DNA of 64,000 nt from Protoeuglena noctilucae (lineage: Eukaryota). The DNA is taken from NCBI GenBank assembly GCA_958009085.1, contig OY253671.1, positions 1,364,001-1,428,000 on the forward strand, in the 5' to 3' direction. Positions 1 to 13,165 of this stretch are shown piece after piece; positions within the stretch are counted from its first letter, which is position 1; each line of letters opens with the position of its first letter. The notes below the pieces were generated by a model. That model was not told the origin of the DNA. It did not search any database and saw only the letters and a program-made list of their open reading frames with translations. Position numbers and translations under genes: made by a program.

Positions 1-53
1 CGCGGAGCCTGGCGTCGGACGTCATCGACGCGCTCAAGGCCAAGGACATGTGA
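1..53 (+). CDS. 3' end of an unidentified gene, truncated by the window edge
   Basis: Open frame RSLASDVIDALKAKDM ends in TGA at 51-53. TGTAA, the chlorophyte-type poly(A) signal, follows at 67-71. Confidence 0.45.
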   Translation, partial: RSLASDVIDALKAKDM

Positions 54-172
54 CTAGGGGCCCGGATGTAAAGCGAAGGGTCTGGGAGGCCGATGTTCGT
101 TTGAATGGGGCGCCACACTCGCTGGCCGCCTGCCAGCGAAACTCTCTCTATGCGTGGGGACGAGGGGGGCGC

Positions 173-1336
173 CTACTCGAAGAAGAACTTGACGACGATG
201 CACGATATGTTGTCGTTGCTTCCTCGCTGGTACGCCTGCTCCGCCAGGTCCTTGGCGGCGTCCTTCGCGGACTGCGCCTTCTCAATGATCCCCCGAGCAT
301 CCTCGTTCGTGATCACGTCCCAGATGCCGTCCGTCGCCTGCGGACACGCGCCAAACCTCGCCCCGTCTCAGCCGCGCGGCACTCGCGCCCTTGCCCCCAG
401 GCATCCCCAGCACCCTCTCCGCCCCTCACCAGCACGACAGCCACGTCCCCCGCCCCCAGCTTCTCGTGGCGGAGGTCCGGCCGCGCCACCACGAAGTCCT
501 TCAGCAGTCGGTCCCCGAAGGCCCGCGACACCGCCAGCACGCCCCCCACGCGCCACGTGCCCGCCCAGATCACCACGCCCCCCATCTTCTCAATCCTCTC
601 GCGCTCCTCCGGGATGTTGGGCTTGTGGTCGTTCGACAGCTGCACGCACTCGCCGTTGCGGAAGAGCACGGCGCGCGAGTCCCCCACGTGGCCCAGGTAC
701 AGGTCCTGCTCCCGGATCACCATCGCCGCCGCCGTGCAGCCGTCGTCGCGGTCGTTGGCGCCCTGCGGGATTGGCACCGGGGCGCGACCCTCCCGTGCCT
801 CGGATCGCACGGCATGGCGCAGCCCAGTTGCGGCACCAGCCTCTGCTGCGGTCCCACCTCGGACGCCAGGTACTGCTTGTCCGTCTCCAGGAACGACTCC
901 TCGATGGCCTTCTCGGGGTAAGCGTTGAAGTCCTTGTGTTGCATGATGTTGTGCAAGAGGCGGTCGCGGACAAAGTGCGCCGCGTCGGGGCCCCCGTGGC
1001 CGTCGAACACCCCAAAGCACCCGACCTGCCGACCTGACGCGTCCCTCACGAAGTCGGCGTACGTGAAGTCCTCCATTTGCGACCGCTTCCCCCGCATGAG
1101 CGCGTACCCGTACTCCACCTTGCCGTCCTCGCGCTTCTTTTCGCCGCTGCGACGTGGTGCACGGCGGACAGCTTCACGTACCAATACTGACGCCGTATCG
1201 GGGCCCGGGACGCCCCGGCGCGGCGCGGCCGGCCAGGGGCCCTCCGTCGCCGGGGCGTGGCGCATGCCCCGCTACCGCGCTCTCACCACTCGACCTTGCT
1301 CCCCCCCGTGTCCCCCATGGCTTTCGCCACGTACAT
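173..1336 (-). CDS. Protein phosphatase 2C (PPM family), 4 exons
   Basis: Spliced product has RGKRSQMED, FGVFDGHGG, DGCTA, GHVGDSRAVL, LSNDHKP, GVLAVSRAFGD, ATDGIWDV and GSNDNISCIVV. Start is ATG 1336 or 1318. Confidence 0.95.
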
Positions 1337-2687
1337 CCTAAGCACTCCCCTGGGAGGGCGTTCCAAGCCCCGGACTGCGGGCGCAGGGGCAGCACGTCGT
1401 CGTGGAGCAGCCTGGCAGGGCGCCGCGGCCACCCGGGGGCCCACGCGCCAACCGGCGTGCGACAGGAGCGGATCGAACCCCTAAAAAGCCCGCGGAGTGA
1501 CCAGCGGTGTCCTACGCGAGGACGGGGCACCTGCCCGGCCCCCCCCCCAGCCTGTTCGCGCTCTCGCGGCTACCCCGAGCCGCAGTGATCGTCGGCTGCT
1601 GTGCTCGCTTTCGTACGCCACGAGACGGTGTCCGCACGGAGCGAGGAGGCCCGGAAAACGCTCCTCTCGCGGAGGGTGGCCCGAAAGTCAAAAAAGCCGC
1701 CCGCGCGGGCCCGAAACGCGGTCCCCGTCGCAGCGGCCGCGTGAGATTTCCACGCGTGAGCCGGGGGGTACAACATCTACCGGTTTCCCCTCCTCAAAAA
1801 GCTCTCGAGGTCTCGGTCAGCCCCCCCGCGATTCGCCACCTGCACCAAGCCAAAACCCCAACCTCTCCGCCCTCGATCGGAAGATCGCGAGGGCCGAGCG
1901 CACCGCCCAACCCAACGCTGAGACAGCGCGAGAGTCCGAGCAATGGAGTTGCGGAATCGAGAGAAGAGCAAGCGAAAGGGAACCTCACGGACGGGAAAGT
2001 GCGGTTGGCGGACCGCCTGGAGGCCCAGGAAAGGGCGGTCCGCCACATGCACAGCGGTCAGGTTGTGGCACGCATGCGGCGCGCGGATGGGGCACATCCG
2101 CGGTCGCTGGCGGGCCAGGAGTCTCCCACCTGTCGAAAGCTCGCGCTCTGTGACGCAGAGCGCGGAGCCCAGGCAGCTGAGCCAGCCTATGGTTTTGCGA
2201 CGCCTCCACAGCCCCGGTGCAGGGCACCCTGTCCGCTGCTGCCCGGCTCTGGATTCTTGGGGCCAGCCGGAGCGCAGAGCAAGCAGCCGGGGGCGCACCA
2301 GAGCGGGGGCGGATAGCTGAGCCCAGAGCACACTTTGAGCGCTCCCAACCGGCTTGTGGCGCTGAGCCGGCTGGCACGATGGCCCATTGCCCCACAGAGA
2401 AGCCGTCGGAGCAGTCAAATCATGTTCTCGCCGCTTTGCCAGGTTTTGGCTCTGGCACGAAACCGCCAGCCGAGCACGCCGTGCTCAGCAGATCGAGAAC
2501 CACGGGGCGGCAGGGGGCATCCGCGACCCTTTCAACACCAGGAGCAGGGGAAACACACATTGCCATGTCAGTGCTTCGTTCATCGCCAGCGGCATTACCG
2601 CTCGGTGGACACGGCCGGGGGCACCTCTGGCTTGGCTGCCTCAAGCCGCCCAAAGTAGCCCACGGGCGTCAACAGCCTCAGCTGCAG

Positions 2688-5600
2688 TCAGACGGAGGCG
2701 CGGGAGCGTGAGAAGCATTTCTCGCACGCTGCAGCCGCCCGCCAGACGTGCATGGCGCCCCCTCTCGCCTTGGTGGACATGAGTTGGAACCGCTCCCATG
2801 CCATGTCCTCTGCAGACGCGGGATCCCGCTCCATCTGCTGCTCGACCGCTGCCACGCGCGAGTCCAGCTCCGAGGCCAGGTCTGCGCAGGGAGCAGGCGC
2901 GGGCATGAGCAATGAGAGCGGCAGTCGCGCCGGGGCTGTGCCAAGTTACCCTGCCGCGCCCAGGCCCCCACGCACCTTCCTCGCGCTCAGCCACGCGGGT
3001 GCCCAGCGTGCTCAGCACGCCCACGACGCTCCGCTTGACGTGCACCTGCACCCGCTGCCGCCACCGCTCCACGTCGATCTCCACGGGCACCTCCACCCCA
3101 GCATCCTTCTCCTCCTCCTTCCCAGCCCCCTTCTTCCCACCCTTCTTGTCCTTCAGGTCCTTCTCCTTCTCTTTCTCCTTCTCCACGTCCTTGGCTGGCT
3201 GCGGCAGAGACAAGCGCAGGTTGTGTGCCGACCACGGCAGGCGTGCGCAACCCCGCGCATGCCAGGCCAACTGCAGACGCCCCGCACCTTCTTCCCCTTC
3301 TTCTCCGCCTCTGCCGCTGCCGCCGCAGCAGCAGCCGCCGCCGCCGCCGCCGCCGCCTCTGCCGCGCCCGCCTCGGCCTCAGCCGCTGCTGCTGCCAGCC
3401 GCTCCTCTTCCGCCTTCTTCCGGGCCTGCACCTCCGCCTCCCCCCGCAGCTTCTCGGCGATGTCCTCCAGGTCCGCGAACGATGCGACCAGGGTGTCGCG
3501 GATGGCCATCAACACCAGGCCCCGGCGCGTGGGAGGCAGCACGCACGCCGCCAGCGCCGCGCCCACCGCGCCCCGCAGCGCCGCCCCCGCCGCCGTGCGC
3601 GCCGCGGCGTCCGGGCGCGCCGGGGTCGTCGGCGCCTCAAGCTCTGCCGCCAGGGCCTCCGCCTGCGCCACGCTCAGGCCCCACCGTTCCGGGTACCTCT
3701 CCAGCAGCTCCTCCGGCACGGGCACCTGACCCTTCTTGGCGTCCGCCGGGGCCGCCAGGAAGCGGTGTCCGGCAGTGTAAGCGTCCCTGCGAGCGTCAGG
3801 CGATGGGTGCGAATGCAGGGCGACCGTGCCCTTGGCGCCGTGGGCTGTGCCGCAGGTGCCTCGAAAGCGCGCTTTTTACCGTATGGCTTTCACGTGGCTC
3901 GGCCAGTAGTAGAGCGTCCGAGCCCGTCCGGCGTTGGCCGCCAGCCATGCGTCCCCCTCGCCCGCCACCTCCCCGTCGACGTCCTGGCAGGGCGGAGGGT
4001 ACCGCGTCTCGTCGGCAGCGTCATGCACCACGCGCTCGAGCACGGCCGACACGGCGGCGCTGCGCTCGCGGTCCCGGAGAGCGCCGGCCACGGAGGCGCG
4101 CTGGAGCTTGGCTGCGTACGAGGGACCGGGTAGGGTAAGGGTCCTGGGGCGGTGCCGCTGCGATGGCCACCATGGGCAGCGCCTGCCATGCCACAGCTGC
4201 GGGTGGCACATCGCCAGTGGTTGACTCACTGCGATCGTCGGACGTGGCGACGCCCCTAGCGACGATGGTCACGTTGCGGCGCGCCCAGGGCATGGTCCGC
4301 AGGTCCCAGGCACGCGTGAACATCCCGAGGTCCTTGGGTCGGAAGCTGATGGCGATCTCGACGGAGTGGCCGGGGAGGACGGAGCCGTGAGTGGGCGACA
4401 GCGCGAACAGCGCCTCGGCGCCTGCGCGGGGTAAAGGTAAGGGCGGCTGTGAGCCGGCGGCGATGGCCTTGACGCAAGTCAGCCAGCGGTGGCATAGCAG
4501 CCCTCGCCTGTGCTCGGCATGCCCGCAGGGGTGGGGTCCTCCGCGCGCCACTCGAAGGCCAGCGCCGTGGTCCCCGTGTTGCGCAGCACCACCCGCGTGT
4601 GCGCCATGCCCCCGGGCCCCGCGTGCAGCACGACCCGGTCCCGGTCCACGTCCAGGTCTGGGCCCTGGGGCGGCTCGGGCTCCTGCTGGGGCGCCGGGCC
4701 CACGGAGCGGCCGCCCAGCGACACGCTGCTGGGCTCCGTCGCCAGCGCCGCCCGGGCCGCCATCCAGGCGTCGTAGGCGGGCCGGTTAGTGGCCTTCATG
4801 ACCTGCTCCACGTCCTCGAGCGTCACGTCGCGGGACGCGCGGTCCCACAGCACCTGCTCCATGCTGCGGCCCTGCGAGGGGAACAGTCCAGCACAGGCCG
4901 ACGTGGGTGGCGAGGCGTGTGGGTCGTGGCCATAAGCAGGTGGAGCGCGCCAGTGCAGGTGCTGCCCATGGCAACTTGCGCTCTCTGTCTCGCCCATCGC
5001 GCGGCAAACCCTGCTTACCTGGACAAACAGGTCTGCGACGTCCGCGATGGTGCCTCGAAGCTTGGTCAGGCGCTTGGCAAGCGTCCGCTCCTTCTGCTGG
5101 ATGTACTCCCCATTCTCCCACGAACGCCTCCGCGTGCCCGCCACCGACGCGCGGACCGAGCCCGTCCCGAACGGAATGGACTCTGCGGGGGCGATGGATG
5201 ATGACGTCACATGCTGCTCAGGCCAAGGGCAGACTCCGATGAACCAAGCGCGCACGGATAGCCATTCAGACGCCATAACCATGCCGCACAGTCAGCCAGC
5301 GCGCCAGGCAGCCCCCTCATGTAAACGCAGGCACGGGTATCGCTGCCATGCGATGAAATGAACCACGCACCTGCCCACTTGGTGGGAGAGAGCTCGGACA
5401 CGGTGGTCCCGAGCTCATCCGTCACCACCCGCGGCTTCCCCACGCGAAGGAGGGGTTCCCTCGCCGATTTGGGCTCCCCCGCCGTGAGGAAGATGCCGAG
5501 GTGGAAGTACCCCACCTCCACCGCCCGCTCGTGGTTGTTGCTGCATGGCACAAGGGGCACAGAGAGCACGTCAACAACAAGCAGGTGGCGGGACAGTGAC

Positions 5601-6677
5601 GAGCTCGACGTGATTCACGGATGTGTTGCAGCCCTGCATGCGTGGGCTGGCACTTACCGCAAGGACATCCGCCAGATGTCGTTCCCGTACTTCTCGTGCA
5701 TCATCTTGACGCGCTCCAGCTCCTCCCGGTGCTCCACCTCCAACCTGGGTGCACGTGGCAGCGGCGACGCACATCACATCAGCTGTGCATGCCAAAACTG
5801 CTTGACGTGCTTTGCCGGCGGCAACCCCGCCCACGGCGACTCACCGGAAGCCCTCGATGCGGTTCATGACCGTGTCCGTCACCGCCCGTCCCGTCCGCGC
5901 CGCCAGCTCTTCCTGCACGGCATTCCACGACGCCACCTGACGCTCCCACCGCGCCAGCGCCCCCTGCCCCTGCCCCAGCTCCACGGCCTTGTCGGGGCGC
6001 AGGGACGCACGCAGGGCGCGGAGGGCGCCCACGTCCTGGTCCTGCATGTTCCGGTGCGCCCGGATGTCCACCAGGGACTCTCGCATCGAGGCCCTGCGTC
6101 GTTCGAATCAGTGTCGCGGTGAGGTCGACGAGGCCTACGGAGGGGCGGAAGGAGCGGCGGCACGCGTCGTCGCGTCCCACGCACCTCTCCTCAGCCACGC
6201 GGCTGTACACCGCGAGGATGGCCTCTTTGTGCTCTGGGTGACACTCCGCCTCCGCGGCGACGTCCGGGGACACGTCGTGGAGGAACGCGGGCGAAGGCCC
6301 GCGCTGCCGTGGCGACATGGGCGAGCGCGGGGCTTCCTGCTGCACCTGCGAGAAGGGAAGGCGGGGGCGGGCGCGTGCTCCCTGGCGAGCCGGACCTGGC
6401 CGGGCGCTCAGCTCGCGGCCCTGTCGCGAGGCACCTGCGCATCGAACTCCCGGGGATCCCCGAGCACGAGGAAAGGGATGACCGAGCCCTGCGTGTCGCG
6501 CACGCGCGTCGCCACGTCCGCGGCGAGAGCGTCGGGAGCGTGAGACAGGCACCCCACTGGACCCGACGGCATGCCGTCTCGCAAGCTGGCCTCGATGCCT
6601 GGAACCTCGTCGGTGACTTTCCGCCGCACGAGGACGCGGCGGACGCGCGTCGGCCGCGCGGTGGGGTCCTCCGTCAT
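2688..6677 (-). CDS. MYCBPAP: MYCBP-associated protein (MYCBPAP-like, ciliary), multi-exon
   Basis: Exons encode WERQVASWNAVQEELAARTGR..TVMNRIEGFR, WRMSLR, LRNTGTTALAFEW and GSVLPGHSVEIAISFRPKDLGMFTRAWDLRTMP, matching the MYCBPAP ASH-like domain pattern. KKGGKK-rich tail. Gene ends approximate. Confidence 0.75.
3310..3396. repeat. GCN trinucleotide tract encoding poly-alanine in the MYCBPAP-like gene
   Basis: Run of gcc/gca/gct triplets, read as AAAAAEAEAGAAEAAAAAAAAAAAAAAAEAE on the minus strand. Confidence 0.8.
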
Positions 6678-7211
6678 CGCGTCACCTGCGAGCGTGCGAA
6701 ATGCGCGCTTCTCGTCGCCTCCTGCGGCACGGGCCATGCAAGCGAACAGAAAGTGACTTTTGTGCAGCTGCGGCCGCGAGGTGGCCGTCCGCCCAGGGGA
6801 ATCCAGCGAACCCCAGCGCGAACCGCGCTCATACCGGGTGACAGACAGCCCGGTGGGCCGTCGGTGGGCGGCGGGCCTGCGTGACCTCCCCCAACACGTC
6901 ACAGATTTCCTGCGGTCTCAACGCCGCAAGGGCGACTGGCCGGGAGATCCTCAGCGCGCGGACTCTCCCGCATGCATGTCAAGCCTCGCTCCCGGCACTC
7001 CTGCGAAGACCTACCCCACGCGGCGGGTACGCGCTACTCAGGTGATCCACGAGCTTCTGTTTCGCCACCGGGGGCTGCGGCCCGGCTTCGGTGCGGGCGG
7101 CCTTGCCCTGCGCCAGAAACGGCAACCAGTCCACTCATATCCCGCGGCGAGTCGATGCGCATTGCGTTCGCTGCGGGTGCCAGCGTGCATAGCCGGTCCC
7201 GCGCGGCGAGC

Positions 7212-10200
7212 ATGGAGCGGGCAGGCCCGGGGGGGTTGCGGCAGCCGGCCGATGGCCGTCGGAGTGCGGCAGAGGACGGCCCGGATGGCGCCCTCGAGTG
7301 TCGCATTTGCGGGGAGAAGTTCCACTCCGCCCAGCAGCTGAGCGGGCATCAGATTTCCCATCAGAACGACGGCAGCTGGGTGAGGGAGCGCATATACGTG
7401 GCCTTTCGCAGCTGCGACAGTCTCCTTAATGCAGACATGCCATCGGGGGTGCGGGGAGCGTCATCCCGGGCCCAGGGGGGCCGAGACATGCCGCAAGCTC
7501 AGGCCCCGTGCCTTGGTGGCGTCTGTTCGCTTCCGGAATCCCAAATCGATCGTTTGGGGCGGGAGGGAGCGTCGGACTGGGTATCTGCCCGCAGGAGGAG
7601 GAGGAGGCAGGAGCCAACGACGAAGGAGTCGTAGCGCCCGCGCATACGCCCTCCGAGCACCGGCTCCGTTACGGCGCAAACGGTCGGAGGCAGGAGCAAA
7701 AGAAGCCGGCGCCCGCCGTGCATCAGAGGACGAGGCCGACGAACAATCAACTGCTGTGAGTGGGGGGTCTGAGGGGCGCCCGGGCCGCCCGGGCAGGGCC
7801 CGCACGCGTGTCGCGACGTCGAATCGGTGCTTTTGATGACCGATTTTGATCACCTGTGCGGCCCAAACGGCAAGGCGGGACGCGGCCGCTGCGGGCGGGG
7901 GGGGCACCTTCGACACCCCGAGCCGGGTGGGCCGCATCGGCGAGGCGACCCGCCCCGCCTGCGCCGCGTTCGCTTTTTCGGGAGCGGTTGTGGGGCCTCG
8001 TAACGTCGGAACGCTCTCGCGGGCCCGGCGGCAGCTCGACGCCGGGGATCACTGGCCGGCAGGGCCAGAGATGGGGTGACGGTCCCCACCGGCCCCCCGC
8101 GCCTCGACGGCCGCTATATTTTCGATCTGCCTTGCCGGAGGGGGACATCGCCCACCCCCGCGCCCGGGCGCGCCTCCTCCGAAAAGGGGCGGCGCTTCCT
8201 CCCACGTCCCGGCTCCTTTTTTGGGGGAGGGGAGCGGGGACCCCGCGCAGCCCGCCCGCCCGCTCACGTATCTCGCCCCCCCGTCCGCGCAGGTACAAGG
8301 TGTACTTTCGATGGGAGCACTACCAGCACCCCGGTGAGCCGCGCGCGGGGCGCTGGGCTGCACAGGCGAGCCACCTACGCGGGCCCCACCGACCGTCTCC
8401 CCCGGACCCCGGCGACCGCAGTGACGGAAAACGTGGGCCTGCCCGATGAGACGGAAGCGTGCGCGTCCGTCACGGCGGCCTTCCTGAGGTGCCAGCGCGC
8501 CCGAAGGCCGCAGCGCGCTGCCGCGTCGGGGTTCCGCGCCGGAACGCGCCGCCGCGCCTCCCCCGCGACGCAGGGTGCTCGGGGCCCTCTTCGACGCCGA
8601 GTCGCATCGGCGGGGCGGCGCGCGCAACATCCTCCGGCAGCTCTCCACGCACACGCGCCGCACGAAGGTCGTGGAGCTTTCGTCGGGCACGCACCGCGTC
8701 CCGGACGAGCTCCGGCGGCACACCCTCATGGACGCGAACGGGCACCAGTACTCGACCAACCTCGACCGCAACCGCTACGGCTCGGACGACAATTACCTGT
8801 CCACTGTCATCCGGTGCGTGCCAGCGCCACCCGCGCGCCACACCACTGTGGCGTGCCGCGGCCGTCGGGCGCAGCTCATTCGACTGCGTGCTCCGTCGCA
8901 GGTACGACCTGGAGTTCCTGGGCCTGTGCCCGGCCCTGGTGGACGTGGAGATCATTGACTCGAAGAACAAGGGGAAGGGGCAGATCGTGTCGGTGGGGCC
9001 GGCGGGGTGCACGTGCCGAGGGGGGCCCCCGACGCAGCCGCACACGCCTCAGAGCGGGGCGAGGGCGACGCGGGCGGGGCAGGACCGGGCGCCGGGGGGC
9101 CCCGACCGATCGGGACCTTCGGCCTCCACGGCTCCCATGCCCTCGCTGCCGGTGCCCGCCGTGGCGCTGCCCGCCGCGGCCGTCGCGGAGGGGACCGCGC
9201 GGCACAGTGGCCGCGAGGAGGGTGCTCCCTCGGGGTCCCTCTTTGACGCCCTGCTGGCGGCCGCCACGGGGTCGGGTGTGGACGTCGAGGCGGACGAGTC
9301 ACCGGCGGACGCCGGCGAGAGCGCGCGGGCGGACGAGGGCGCCGAGAGCCGTGCGCGGCGCACGTCCCGCCTGGGCAAGCGCGTCACGCGGCCTTATGGG
9401 GGCGCGGGGGTGGAGGCGGAGGAGGAGGGGCGGGGTCTGCGCCACAAGCGCGCACGGCCCGCCCTCGCCGCCGGGCCCACACCCAGGGGCGGCGGCGGGG
9501 GGCGCAACGCGGCGGAGGTGCCGCCGGCCGTGGCCGCGGAGCTCGAGGCGTTGCGGCGGGAGGTGGCGTACCTGCGGGGCGCCCTCGAAGCGGCGCAGAT
9601 TTATTCTGCCGAGGTGAGGGCTGCGGTGATCGCTGCCAGCCGCTGCGTCCGCTTCCACCCCGCGTCGCTGACACCGGGAACTTGCGCCCTGCACACCCAG
9701 GAGTCCCGGCGGGCGTCGGAGGAGGCGGGGATGCGCATGGAGCTGCAGGCGCTGCTGGAGATGCTCCGTGGGGGGGAGCGCGCCGCTCTGCAGGAGATCA
9801 TCCGGCTGCGGATGCTCCTTCGGGAGGCCCGCCAGGTCAACGCGGCGTTTCAGGCGCTGGTGGCGGGGGCGCGGCAGTGGAAGGGCCTGCCGCCCAAGCC
9901 GGCGGTGGACGACGCGCACCTGCCGGAGTGGCTGAGCGGGCACCCCTCGCTGCACGCGTATGCCCACGACGAGGCGGGGCCGTCGGGGGCTGCCCCGGAG
10001 ACTTGGCGCACGGGGGGACAGGGGAAGGCGACAGGCGAGGGCGTGGCTGTGGGCATGGCCACGGGCGTCGCTGCCCACCTGGGCGGCTCGGAGCAGCGGC
10101 GAGGCGACGCTCCCGAGGCCCGGGGTTCGGGTCTGGCGGGGCCTGAGGCGGTGGTGGTTGCTGGGCAGGCCGCGCCGCCCCGGGAGGGGCCCGAGGACGT

Positions 10201-11370
10201 CAAGCCGAGCGCGGCGCCGAGCGGGGCGGGGGAGCGCGGCGGGGCTGGGTCCCCCCTCGACGCTGCGGGCGAGGACGGCCGGGGGTCGAGCGTCGAGGGC
10301 AGCGCGGAGTGGGCCGCGCTGCGGGACGCGCAGGTCCGCATCATGCTCTCGCAGTTGATGCAGAGCCCGTTCGGGCAGGCGCGCCTGGCCGCTGCGCTGG
10401 GCGAGTTCGTGCCGCCTCACCTGGGCGAGCGAGGGTACATGGGGACGGAAGTGGCGGCCACAGCGGCCGCAGCCACGGCTGCCGCTGCGGAGGGCGCCCT
10501 GGGGAACCGCGGGGCGGCCATGGCGCTGGCGCTCGACTTGCTCAAGCGACACGCGGGGGCGGGGGCGGGGGCGGGACCAGCCCCGGCGGCGGACCGTCTC
10601 ACGTCGCCGCGGCTCATCCCCGCCATGAGCGCTCAGGGCGCCGCTGAGGTGGCCCACGAGGCGTCGGGCCGACTCGGAGGGGCTTTGCAGCCGACGAGCA
10701 GTGGGGTGTGGGCGGGTGCGTCGAGGTCTGCCCTTCATGCTGCCCCATCCGCGCTGGGAGCCGAGGCTGGCGAGGGGGTCGCTGGGGACGCGTCAGGGCG
10801 CGCCGAGGCGGGGGGCGAGTCTGGGGGCAGCGGGGGGGACGGGGCGGAGGCCGCACGCGGGGAGGGCGAGCGCGGGGGCGGCGCGGGGGCTGGCGGGTAC
10901 AAGACGGGGGCAGAGGATGGTGGGGCTGCGGAGGAGGAGTCGGTGGGGGCGAGCATGAAGGAGGTGAGGCTGGGATACGATGGCGACGGATGTGCGGATG
11001 CGAAAGGGGCGTGGGTCGTGAGCACCTGCCATGTTGACGCGGCGTGTGGGTATCTCTGCAGGGGTCCGGAGCGACCAAGAGTGACCGTCCGGAGACGGAC
11101 GTTACGACGTCACCCCTGTCTGAACTCCCCACGCCAGCAGGAGCCCGCAGCCAGTCGGTGGCAGGGGCGCTCATGGAGGGCAAGGTGACAAGCTAGGGGA
11201 TGTACCCAGGCTTGTGCATTGGAAATAATCGGTGACAGGGACTTGGGCAGGACGTGGCAGTTACCGTGGCATGAAGTGACACCTGTCTGCCCCCGCAGGT
11301 GCCTTCGGAGCTCCACTGGGCTTTCGCCGCAATGGCGGGGATGGTGGAGCGGGGCGCAAACCCCAAGTAG
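7212..11370 (+). CDS. C2H2 zinc-finger protein with an uncharacterised globular domain, a coiled coil and a long low-complexity tail
   Basis: Exon 1 has ECRICGEKFHSAQQLSGHQISH, similar to the plant QALGGH finger. In-frame GT-AG junctions traced at 7756-8292, 8333-8421, 8489-8573 and 8814-8901. Last exon ends in TAG at 11368-11370. The exon 2-3 junction is unresolved. Confidence 0.65.
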
Positions 11371-12158
11371 GTGCGGGTTGGGACATTCCATGGAGGTGGC
11401 GCATGTTCAATAGCATCTCCATTTACTCCAAACAGCCGGGCGTGTCAGGAGGACATGCCGCAACGCTGGGGTCGTCGCTATGTGCTGTGGCCAGCGCCTG
11501 TATGTATGTGTTTTGGGAACCGAGCCCTTTCCTTCTCTGTCGGCAGCACCGTGCCCGGTCCACCCGCGAGGCAGGTGTGCGCCGTCGAGCAACGATCGCA
11601 TCGGACGCAGGGACGGGCGCAAAGCCCGGCCCCTGCGTTTTTGGGGATGCGGTTGCATGACTTGCTGCGACTGCCGTTCACCGAGCAAACATCCTTTTTG
11701 GATTCGCGTGAGGAGGAGCGCTGCGCGTGGGTGTGAGAGACTCCGTGCTTGCTTTTGCGTCCCCCGTAGCCCCTCGCCTTTTCGCCCCACTCCCGGCGGT
11801 GGGGAGGCTGCCCGAGCGGCGATACCTGCCGTGTGCAGCCCCGATCGTCCCCTTTGCATCCACCCCCGTCCGTTAAGTGTGTTTCTCTTGACTGCATCCC
11901 GTGCTGTTCCTGACCCAAGGCCTGGCGCTGCCTGGGCTTGCACTGCAGACCGTTTCTGGCGCAGTCAGACGCCGCTGCCGCCGGTTCTAGCTCTAGCTCT
12001 GAATTCTGCAGAACCCACGCCTTCAACTCCGCGCCCGGGGACGCCGGCAAAACCAGAAACGACCGCAGGGGCCAACCTCGCGTGCGGCACGACGCGTTCC
12101 CCTCCGCGCACTCGCGCCCCGTGGCGCCGCCTCCCGGCGCCGGCTCGGCCCTCTTGCC

Positions 12159-13165
12159 TCACTCGTCGTCCTTGCGGAGCATGGCGGAGGACCCCGTCTT
12201 GCGACCCGTGCGGCGGGCGGCCACCAGACCGACCTTCTGGCCGGGCGGGGCCAGGCGCTTGACCGTCGAGGCGTGACCGATGTGCTGGTGGTTACCACCA
12301 CCGTGGGGGTGCTCCACGGGGTTCATGGCCACACCACGCACGCGCGGCCAGGCGTTGCGCTTGGCGCGGTACTTGTGGTACGCGCGGCCAGCCTTGAGCA
12401 TAGGCTTCTCCGTGCGCCCGCCGCCCGCCACCATGCCCACCATAGCGCGCGCGCTCGAGGGGATGACCTTCTTGGCGCCTGCGGGAGGAGGGGGCGACGC
12501 ACGCAGTCAGAGACGGGCGGCACATGGCGCCCGCTGTGCGCCCGTCGTGCCGCTCTCCCGACCCGCACCCGAGGGGAGCTTGACGCGAGTGATGCCGGCG
12601 TCCGGGTTGTGCGCGACGATGATGGCGTAGGCCCCCGAGGCGCGCGCCAGGCACCCGCGGTCGCCCGCCCGCTGCTCCACGTTGCACACCACCGTACCCT
12701 CCGGCATCTGGCCCACGGGCAGCACGTTTCCGATCGTCAGCGTCGCCTTCTTCCCACAGTGGATGAACTGCCCCGTGTACATGCCCTCGGCCGCGACCAT
12801 CAGGTGCTTGTCGTGGCGGTAGAAGATCGGGTGGCGGAAGTCCACCTGCGCGGACGCCTCGCGTGGGAATGGTCGGGCCCATTCCGCCCACGAGTCACGG
12901 AGGCCGCCAGGCGCAAGGGGCCGGGCGCAGAGCGGGCCCCGCTGCGAGAAGGGCCGAATGCCGGCCGAGCGCGGCCCTCCCTCACCTCCGCGAGGGGAGC
13001 GCCACGGCCCGAGTCGTGCACGATCTCCTGGACGCAGCCCTTGATGTACCCATTGCGCTCCGCGTAGTCCAGCTTGCGGAGCTTCGCCGCGCCCTTGCGG
13101 AGGACGGTGTGGGCCTTGAAGATCCCACCCCGACCCTTACGCTGGGTCCTGATGACGCGCCCCAT
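12159..13165 (-). CDS. RPL8: 60S ribosomal protein L8 (uL2), 3 coding exons plus a 5' UTR intron ending just before the ATG
   Basis: [68 protein letters not shown]. Confidence 0.98.

Noticed and set aside
1337..2687. ORFs 1497-2153, 1507-2316 and 1777-2418 in the largest intergenic gap
   Set aside because: Arg/Pro/Ala-rich with no motif or convincing splice structure; more likely promoter and UTR sequence.
7830..7860. TGATGA (box C-like) in the long zinc-finger intron
   Set aside because: No box D (CTGA) or terminal stem at a suitable distance.
11371..12158. ORFs and a small hairpin (about 11983-12016) between convergent gene ends
   Set aside because: Consistent with 3' UTRs; no coding or RNA-family signature.
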